DNA of 64,000 bases, taken from Planctomycetota bacterium (GTDB lineage: Bacteria; Planctomycetota; UBA1135; UBA2386). The notes beneath the pieces are model-generated. The model was not told where the DNA came from, ran no database searches, and worked only from the letters and a program-made list of their open reading frames with translations. Positions within the stretch are counted from its first letter, which is position 1. Each line of letters starts with the position of its first letter. Of this stretch, positions 57,615 to 64,000 are shown one piece after another. The stretch is from contig OZ245838.1 of assembly GCA_965228735.1 (NCBI GenBank), positions 4,128,001 to 4,192,000 of the forward strand. Direction: 5' to 3'. Both the position numbers and the translations under genes were made by a program.

Positions 57615-59327
57615 ATGACTTTGACCCGATACGCCCTCTCCACGCCGCTCGCCGCCTCGCTGTTGGCCCTCGGCTCGTTCTCGACCACCGCGACCGCGCA
57701 GAGCAGCCGGTTCATCCCGGCCGACTCGCAGGTCGTCGTCCGCATGGCCGCACCCGCGAAGTGGAAGCGCGAGTTCAAGGACACCAAGGTCGCCGGCCTG
57801 TTCGCTGGCGAAACGCTCGGCCCGATGTTCGACGGGCTGCGCAAGTGGCTAACGAGCGACGGCGTCGCCGAGGCCGGGCTCGATCCCGCGATGCTCGAGA
57901 CCATGTGGGACGAGTACCAGGGCGACATCACTGTGGCCGTCCGGTTCGACGCCGAGGATATCGCCGACGCCATCGTCGAAGACCGACCGCCGGTCATGGC
58001 AGTCACGTTCGCGATGGCGCCGCACGAGTCGTTCGATCTCGCGCCGCTCGCCGCGCAGATCCGGGAAGCGATCGAGGAGAGCGCCGGTGACCGTCTCCGC
58101 GAGGAGACGATCGGCGATCACACGCTGCTGTGCCGGATGGAGGACGACATGCAGGCCTCGATCCCGCAGCTCATCGACGGCCACGTCGTCATGATGATCT
58201 CGACCGACATCGCCGAGCAGGGTCCGATCATGCTCGACGAAGCCGACCGCTTCCGCGCCGGCGGCGACCACCCGATGTACGTCAAGATCGACGCCGCGCA
58301 GGGTGTGTCGGCACTCATGGACTTCGTGGCATGGAACATGGAGAACGATCTGGGCGCGCCGCCGTTCGACGCGGTGCAGCTGCTCACGGACCTCGGACTG
58401 CAGTCCGTCGGCGGCCTCGAGATGTCGATCTCGGCCGACGGTGAGCACGCGGTGTTCGACCAGCAGCTGACGACGACGGGCTCGGATCTCGGCCTGCTCG
58501 GGATGGTGCTCCTGGATCGGCCCAAGCTCGACCTGCTGCGCTACGTGCCGCAGTCGTCGCAGTCGTTCTCCGTCCAGGCCTTCGATATCGGTGCGCTCTA
58601 CAGCACGATCGGCCGCGTCTGGAACGGCATGTCGGACATCGTCCCGATCAGCTTCGAGGAAGCCCAGAACGCGTTCGAGGACGCGACCAAGGTCCGCCTC
58701 CAGGCCGATCTCATCGGCAACATCGGCAAGGAGTTCCTGATGCTCGGCGATCCGGTCGCCCAGGCCGACGCGGATCCGGACGATCCGATGGCCATGCTCG
58801 CCGGCACGTGCTTCGCGCTCGCGATGCGCGACGGCGACGCGTTCGGCAAGGCGCTCGAGACGACGTTGCGCTCGCGCGGCCTGCACGCCGCGCGCAAGAG
58901 CGAGGAGTATCAGGGCACGAAGGTCTACCGCCTGCGCATCGCCGGCGCGATCGAGATCGAGTACGCGGTGACGAGCGACGTCATGCTGCTCGCGCTCGGG
59001 GGCGACGAGGGCTCGCGCACGCTGCTGCGGTCCATCCTGGACGCCCGGTCCGACCCGCGCGCCGGCCTGCCGGACGCGCTCGCGGACTACACCGACCTTG
59101 TGCCGGCGGGCTGGAACGGCGTGAGCGTCACGCCGGTCGCGCCGATCTTCGAGCAGATGAACGAGGTCCTCGACGCGGTCGGCACCGGCGACATGCCGGC
59201 CGAAGCGCGCACCGCGCTGCGCGTTCTCGGCGGCCTCGGGCGCGAGATGAAGCAGCTCGGCATCGAGAACGCGACGCAGTTCAGCTTCGCGACGCCCCAG
59301 GGCTACCGCTCGATCACGCGCATGTGA
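57615..59327 (+). CDS. Secreted hypothetical protein (DUF3352-like architecture)
   Basis: Signal peptide; internal repeat SRFIPADS / LRYVPQSS. Confidence 0.75.
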   Translation: MTLTRYALSTPLAASLLALGSFSTTATAQSSRFIPADSQVVVRMAAPAKWKREFKDTKVAGLFAGETLGPMFDGLRKWLTSDGVAEAGLDPAMLETMWDEYQGDITVAVRFDAEDIADAIVEDRPPVMAVTFAMAPHESFDLAPLAAQIREAIEESAGDRLREETIGDHTLLCRMEDDMQASIPQLIDGHVVMMISTDIAEQGPIMLDEADRFRAGGDHPMYVKIDAAQGVSALMDFVAWNMENDLGAPPFDAVQLLTDLGLQSVGGLEMSISADGEHAVFDQQLTTTGSDLGLLGMVLLDRPKLDLLRYVPQSSQSFSVQAFDIGALYSTIGRVWNGMSDIVPISFEEAQNAFEDATKVRLQADLIGNIGKEFLMLGDPVAQADADPDDPMAMLAGTCFALAMRDGDAFGKALETTLRSRGLHAARKSEEYQGTKVYRLRIAGAIEIEYAVTSDVMLLALGGDEGSRTLLRSILDARSDPRAGLPDALADYTDLVPAGWNGVSVTPVAPIFEQMNEVLDAVGTGDMPAEARTALRVLGGLGREMKQLGIENATQFSFATPQGYRSITRM

Positions 59328-59370
59328 TCCGGCGGCGGCCAGCACCCCTCGACCGCGGTCCCGCCACACC

Positions 59371-60267
59371 ATGCTGCGCTGCCACCAGCTCACGAAGCGC
59401 TTCGCCGACCTCGTCGCCGTCGACGGCCTCGACCTCACGGTCGAGCCAGGCGAGACGTTCGGCCTGCTCGGGCCGAACGGCGCCGGCAAGTCGACGACGA
59501 TCCGCATGGCGCTCGGCGTCACCGCGCCGGACGCCGGCACGGTCGAGATCGTCGGCCACGGCGCGCCGACCGAGCCCCGGACCCGGCGTGCGATCGGCTA
59601 CGCGCCGCAGGAGCTCGCGCTCTACGAAGAGCTCACGGCGCGCGAGAACCTGCGCTTCTTCGGCCAGCTGCAGGGCCTGACCGGCAGTCGGCTCCGAGAA
59701 CGGGTGACCTGGGGCCTCGAGTTCGCCGCGCTGCAGGATCGCGCGAGCGATCGCGTCGACACGTTCTCGGGCGGCATGAAACGACGACTCAACCTCGCGT
59801 GCGCCGCGCTGCACGACCCGGAGCTCCTGCTGCTCGACGAGCCGACCGTCGGCGTCGACCCGCAGTCGCGCAACCACCTGTTCGACACCGTCGAGCAGCT
59901 CGCCGCGGCGGGCAAGACGATCGTCTACACGACGCACTACATGGCCGAGGCGGAGCGCCTCTGCCGCCGCGTCGCCATCGTCGACCACGGTCGCGTCCTC
60001 GCGTGTGACACGGTGAGCAATCTGATCGCCGAGCACGGGGGCAGCGCGGTCGTCGAGGCCGAGCTCACCGGCGAGCCCTCGGCCGCGGCGCGCGAACTCG
60101 GCGCGATCGACGATCACGGCACGCTGCGCTTCGAGACCGCGGACGCGAGCGCCGCGGTCGACCGACTCACGAGAGCCGGGGTCGAGTACCGGGCGCTGCA
60201 CGTCCGCCGTCCCGACCTCGAATCCGTCTTCCTCGAACTCACGGGCCGCAGCCTGCGCGACGCATGA
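59371..60267 (+). CDS. ABC exporter ATP-binding protein (DrrA-like)
   Basis: GPNGAGKST, FSGGMKRR, LLDEPTVGVD, TTHYM, LESVFLELTG. Confidence 0.96.
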   Translation: MLRCHQLTKRFADLVAVDGLDLTVEPGETFGLLGPNGAGKSTTIRMALGVTAPDAGTVEIVGHGAPTEPRTRRAIGYAPQELALYEELTARENLRFFGQLQGLTGSRLRERVTWGLEFAALQDRASDRVDTFSGGMKRRLNLACAALHDPELLLLDEPTVGVDPQSRNHLFDTVEQLAAAGKTIVYTTHYMAEAERLCRRVAIVDHGRVLACDTVSNLIAEHGGSAVVEAELTGEPSAAARELGAIDDHGTLRFETADASAAVDRLTRAGVEYRALHVRRPDLESVFLELTGRSLRDA

Positions 60268-61523
60268 GCACCGTCTGGACCCTCGCGACGAAGGACCTGT
60301 TGCTGCTCTGGCGCGACAAGGTCTCGCTGTTCTGGATGTTCGGGATGCCGCTGATCTTCGCGGCGTTCTTCGGTTCGGTCTTCGGCGGCAGCGGGCCGAG
60401 CAAGAGCAACCCGCTGCGGGTCGCCGTCATCGAAGACGGCATCACGAGCGGCGGCCGCGCGCTCGCCGACCGACTCGACGAATCCGACGGGGTCGCGATC
60501 GAATACATGCCGCGGCAGCAGGCGCACGACGCGGTGCGACGCGGCCGCAAAGTCGCCTACCTCGACATCCTCAGCGCGCCCGATGCCGACCTCGGGATGT
60601 TCGCCGGCGAGATGCCCGAGATCGAGATCGGGATCGACCCGTCGCGGCAGGCCGCGCGCGGCATGCTCGAGGGGTTGGTGCACGAAGCCATGTTCGCGGG
60701 CTTCCGCGACATGATGACCGACCCCGAGAAGGCTCGCGGTCAGGTGCGACGCGCGCGCGATCGGATCGCCGAAGCCGACGACATCGGTGCGCTGCAGAAG
60801 ATCGCGCTGACCACGTTCTTCTCGGCATTCGACACGTTCCTCGCGACGCCGGGGCTGACCGGCGACGGCGCGCCCTCGATGCAGCCGCAGCTGTCCACGG
60901 TCGACGTCGTCCGCGAGCGCACCGGCCCGCCCAACGCCTACTCCATCTCGTTCCCGCAGTCGATCCTCTGGGGCATCCTCGGCGCGGCGGCCGGCTTCGC
61001 GATGGCGCTCGTCCGGGAACGCACGAACGGCACGATGGTCCGATTGCTCACCGCCCCGATCAGCCGCGGGCACATCCTCGCGGGCAAGACCATCGCGTGC
61101 GCGATCGCCTGCAGCCTCGTCGCGATCGTGATGACGGGCATCGGCGCGCTCGCGTTCGGCGTGACGGTGCAGAGTCTGCCGCTGTTCGCCCTCGCGGTCG
61201 CCTCGGCCGCGCTCTGCTTCGCCGGCATCACGATGCTCTTCGCGTCGCTCGCGAAGACGGAGCAGGCGGTCAGCGGCATCGCGTGGGGTGTTCTGCTCGT
61301 GTTCGCGATGCTCGGCGGCGGCATGATGCCGCAGATCGCGATGCCGGCCTGGATGCTCGACGCCGGCGCGATCAGCCCGGCGCGCTGGACGATCGCCGGC
61401 CTCGAAGGCGCGATCTGGCGCGGCTACTCCGCGAGCGAGATGCTGCTGCCGTGCGGCATCCAGCTCGCGTTCGGCGTCGTAGCACTCGCGCTCGGCGTCG
61501 CGCGGCTGCGGCGAACGGACTGA
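60264..61523 (+). CDS. ABC-2-type permease
   Basis: KDLLLLWRD, LVRERTNGTMVRLLTAP, LGGGMMP; ATGA overlap with the ATPase. Confidence 0.92.
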   Translation: MSTVWTLATKDLLLLWRDKVSLFWMFGMPLIFAAFFGSVFGGSGPSKSNPLRVAVIEDGITSGGRALADRLDESDGVAIEYMPRQQAHDAVRRGRKVAYLDILSAPDADLGMFAGEMPEIEIGIDPSRQAARGMLEGLVHEAMFAGFRDMMTDPEKARGQVRRARDRIAEADDIGALQKIALTTFFSAFDTFLATPGLTGDGAPSMQPQLSTVDVVRERTGPPNAYSISFPQSILWGILGAAAGFAMALVRERTNGTMVRLLTAPISRGHILAGKTIACAIACSLVAIVMTGIGALAFGVTVQSLPLFALAVASAALCFAGITMLFASLAKTEQAVSGIAWGVLLVFAMLGGGMMPQIAMPAWMLDAGAISPARWTIAGLEGAIWRGYSASEMLLPCGIQLAFGVVALALGVARLRRTD

Positions 61524-61535
61524 GCGCGGCCACCG

Positions 61536-61559
61536 ACTGCTGTGGTTTTCGACAGCAGT
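61536..61559. promoter_or_regulatory. Palindrome ACTGCTGT-N8-ACAGCAGT (candidate enhancer site or terminator stem)
   Basis: Perfect 8-bp arms, about 70 bp upstream of the -24 element. Confidence 0.45.
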
Positions 61560-61628
61560 GTGCCGCGTTCGGCGACGTCGCGTAGTTGCCGATCAAGTCG
61601 CCGCCACAACATGTAGCGGTTTCTCGCC

Positions 61629-61644
61629 TGGCATGTCCGGTGCT
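61629..61644 (+). promoter_or_regulatory. Sigma54 (-24/-12) promoter for the fliO operon
   Basis: TGGCATGTCCGGTGCT gives exact GG-N10-GC spacing; RBS AGGAG at 61659-61663 and ATG at 61670. Confidence 0.6.
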
Positions 61645-61669
61645 CCCCAGAACGAGACAGGAGCTCCCA

Positions 61670-62410
61670 ATGAAGGCGATTCCCAAGTGGCTGATGATCC
61701 CCCCCGCCGTGGCACTGCTGCTCGTGCTCGGCCCGTTGACGATGCAGGGCGGCACGCTCGCGCAGGGTGACGGCAACGCGGCGCCGAACGGCGCGACCGT
61801 CCCGCAGCCGACAACGACCTCTACCCCGGGGAACGCGGCATCGGAGCCGCTGTTCGCGACCGGCGAACTCATGCCGGCGCTGCCGGACATGTATCAGATC
61901 ACGAGCGCGCTCGCCGGCGTGCTCCTGCTCGGCGGCCTCGCCGTCTACCTGCTGCGGCGGCTGCGGAACGGCGGCGTCGGCACCGGCAGCCAGCGCAACC
62001 GCCTCATCACGCTGCGGCAGAGCCTCCGACTGGGGCAGCGGCAGGCGCTGCACGCGGTCGAGTTCGATGATCGCATCCTGCTGATCGGCGAAGGCGAGCG
62101 CGGCCTCACGATGCTGCAGAACAGCGCGCTCCCCGAGGCCCTGGACGAAGCCGACGCGACCGCGCGCGCCGCGGCGTTGCTCGCGGGGCGCATCGTCGAC
62201 TCCGCGGTCGGCGACGAGCCGGCCGACTACGGGAATGCGCCCGGCGACGACGGCGCGACGCCGAAGGACCTCGTGATCCCGCGGCCCGAACGCGCGCCAT
62301 CGACCACCGCGCGCGCGAGCGCTGGCCCGGTCAACGGTCGCCGCGGCGGCGGCGGGGTCACCCCCAACCTGCAGGACTTCCGGGCCCTGCTGCAGAAGGC
62401 CGGCCGATGA
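61670..62410 (+). CDS. fliO: Flagellar biosynthesis protein FliO
   Basis: TM followed by ITLRQSLRLGQRQALHAVEFDDRILLIG; directly upstream of fliP. Confidence 0.8.
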   Translation: MKAIPKWLMIPPAVALLLVLGPLTMQGGTLAQGDGNAAPNGATVPQPTTTSTPGNAASEPLFATGELMPALPDMYQITSALAGVLLLGGLAVYLLRRLRNGGVGTGSQRNRLITLRQSLRLGQRQALHAVEFDDRILLIGEGERGLTMLQNSALPEALDEADATARAAALLAGRIVDSAVGDEPADYGNAPGDDGATPKDLVIPRPERAPSTTARASAGPVNGRRGGGGVTPNLQDFRALLQKAGR

Positions 62411-63231
62411 CGCGTGTGCTCACGATCGCCGCTGCTGTCGGCGGCGCGCTGCTCTTCGCCGCGCCGGCAATCGCGCAGTCGCCCGGCACCGACTTCATCG
62501 GGCCGCCGACACCCGACTCCCTGACAACGAACGCCACGACCGGCGGCGGCGCGCAGGGCCCCGGGTTCAACCTGTCGTTCCAGACCGGCGAGGGCCGCGA
62601 GTCGCTCGGCAGCGCGATCGAGATCATGCTGCTGATGACGATGCTGGCGCTCGCGCCGGCGATCGTCATGACGATGACGTCGTTCACGCGCATCGTCGTC
62701 GTGCTGTCGTTCCTGAAGCGCGCGATGTCGATGCAGGATCTGCCACCTGCGCTGATCACGACCGGATTCGCCGTGTTCATGACCGTCTTCATCATGAAGC
62801 CGGTCGTCAGCGACATCTACGAGCAGTCCTACCAGCCCTACATCACGAGTCAGATCGAGTGGCAGGAAGCCGCCGATCGGGCCACGACGCGCATGAACGA
62901 GTTCATGCTGTCGCAGACCCGCGAGGCCGACGTGGCGCTCATCCTCGAGATGTCACGCACGCCGCGGCCCAAGACCGCGCTCGAAACACCGCTGCACGTG
63001 ACCGTGCCGGCGTTCGTGCTGTCGGAGATCAAGACGGCGTTCCAGATGGGCTTCGTCCTGTTCTTGCCGTTCGTAGTCATCGACCTGGTGATCAGCGCGA
63101 TCCTCGTCTCGATGGGCATGTTCACGCTGCCCCCGGTCGTGGTGTCGACGCCGCTCAAACTGCTGTTGTTCATTCTCGTCGGCGGCTGGGACCTCGTGGT
63201 CGTGTCGCTGGCCGAGAGCTTCGTCGCCTAG
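62407..63231 (+). CDS. fliP: Flagellar export gate protein FliP
   Basis: MTSFTRIVVVLSFLKRA, PAFVLSEIKTAFQMGF, LPFVVIDLVISAILVSMGM, PLKLLLF..VGGW. Confidence 0.96.
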   Translation: MTRVLTIAAAVGGALLFAAPAIAQSPGTDFIGPPTPDSLTTNATTGGGAQGPGFNLSFQTGEGRESLGSAIEIMLLMTMLALAPAIVMTMTSFTRIVVVLSFLKRAMSMQDLPPALITTGFAVFMTVFIMKPVVSDIYEQSYQPYITSQIEWQEAADRATTRMNEFMLSQTREADVALILEMSRTPRPKTALETPLHVTVPAFVLSEIKTAFQMGFVLFLPFVVIDLVISAILVSMGMFTLPPVVVSTPLKLLLFILVGGWDLVVVSLAESFVA

Positions 63232-63246
63232 TCGGAGAGGAGAATC

Positions 63247-63522
63247 ATGGGATACGAAGGACTGCTCGATCTGGCCAAAACCACGCTCATCACGGCACTG
63301 ATCGTGGTCACGCCGGCGCTGCTCGTCGGCATGTGCACGGGCCTGCTCATCAGCTTCTTCCAGACGATCACGTCGCTGCAGGAACAGACGCTGACGATCG
63401 TGCCGAAGATGCTCGCCGTCGTGACGACGATCCTGCTGCTCCTGCCGTGGATCGTCGGCACGCTGCGAACGTTCACCGCGGCGCTGTTCAGCAACCTCTC
63501 GGAGTACGGCCACGCCGGCTGA
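63247..63522 (+). CDS. fliQ: Flagellar export gate protein FliQ
   Basis: GLLISFFQTITSLQEQTLTIVPK. Confidence 0.96.
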   Translation: MGYEGLLDLAKTTLITALIVVTPALLVGMCTGLLISFFQTITSLQEQTLTIVPKMLAVVTTILLLLPWIVGTLRTFTAALFSNLSEYGHAG

Positions 63523-63540
63523 CGGCGGCAACCAACCGCG

Positions 63541-64000
63541 ATGGACCTCTCGGCGCTGGCTCCGATGACCGTGGCGCTCCTCCTGCACATCACGCGGGTG
63601 GGAGCGTTCTTCGCCATGGTCCCGATCTTCGGTCGCAACAGCGACTCGCGGATCCTGCGCCTCGTGCTCGCGCTAGGCCTCGGCGCGATGACGTGGTGGA
63701 CCGGTCAGATGACGGTCGACCCGCCGGCCTCGATGCTCGCGATGGGCGTCGCGGTCGTGCGCGAGCTCGTGATCGGGCTGTCGCTGGGGTTCGCGTTCGC
63801 GGCGATCAACGCCATCCTGTCGATCGCGGGCGAGATCATCAGCATGGAGATGGGGTTCTCGATGGCGAGCACCATCAACCCGGAGACCGGCAAGGGCGGC
63901 GCCGTCATCGCCCAGCTGCTGCAGGTCGTCGGCGCGCTCATGGTCTTCCAGCTCGACCTGCACCACGAGGCGCTGCTCATTGCGCGGCACACGTTCGAAA
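63541..64000 (+). CDS. fliR: Flagellar export gate protein FliR (truncated by the window end)
   Basis: Not in the ORF track. ATG 63541 reads MDLSALAP...TRVGAFFAMVPIFG...RELVIGLSLGF...AGEIISMEMGFSMASTINP...DLHH. Confidence 0.93.
   Translation, partial: MDLSALAPMTVALLLHITRVGAFFAMVPIFGRNSDSRILRLVLALGLGAMTWWTGQMTVDPPASMLAMGVAVVRELVIGLSLGFAFAAINAILSIAGEIISMEMGFSMASTINPETGKGGAVIAQLLQVVGALMVFQLDLHHEALLIARHTFE

Noticed and set aside
61540..61555. CTGT-N8-ACAG as a LexA SOS box
   Set aside because: That box is typical of Gamma/Betaproteobacteria and usually has an AT-rich spacer; the downstream genes are flagellar, and a longer palindrome explains the match
61670..64000. Injectisome (non-flagellar T3SS) export apparatus
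   Set aside because: A fliO-like gene, FliP with an N-terminal signal-like extension and the O-P-Q-R order favour the flagellar system

Overview
GC-rich bacterial chromosomal window with about 50 genes and no rRNA, tRNA, CRISPR array, transposase or prophage that I can see. The gene content suggests a Planctomycetota genome (inference): sulfatase, FGE-domain protein, ECF sigma factors with a Ser/Thr kinase or a TM-fused extension, and ELWxxDGT and FG-GAP proteins. Recognisable core genes are glyQ and glyS (split by a 3-gene ABC module and resembling Betaproteobacterial GlyRS), htpG, and fliO-fliP-fliQ-fliR behind a sigma54-type promoter. There are also mobA-like, DTW, MBL hydrolase, ROK kinase, hybrid histidine kinase, UDG-family glycosylase, M14 peptidase, orphan N6-adenine MTase and three ABC systems. 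Best leads: (1) a TolC/adaptor/MacB-type exporter operon bracketed by a Cys-rich, GPP-tailed leader ORF and a Cys-cluster lipoprotein, a candidate metal-sensing export system; (2) a shared ~100-130 aa C-terminal domain on five secreted proteins of four different architectures, a candidate sorting/anchoring signal; (3) two anti-sigma-less ECF modules, each beside one of those secreted proteins; (4) a REPIN-like inverted-repeat family; (5) a DTW-degenerate exonuclease fusion. All calls come from motif reading only; no searches were run.
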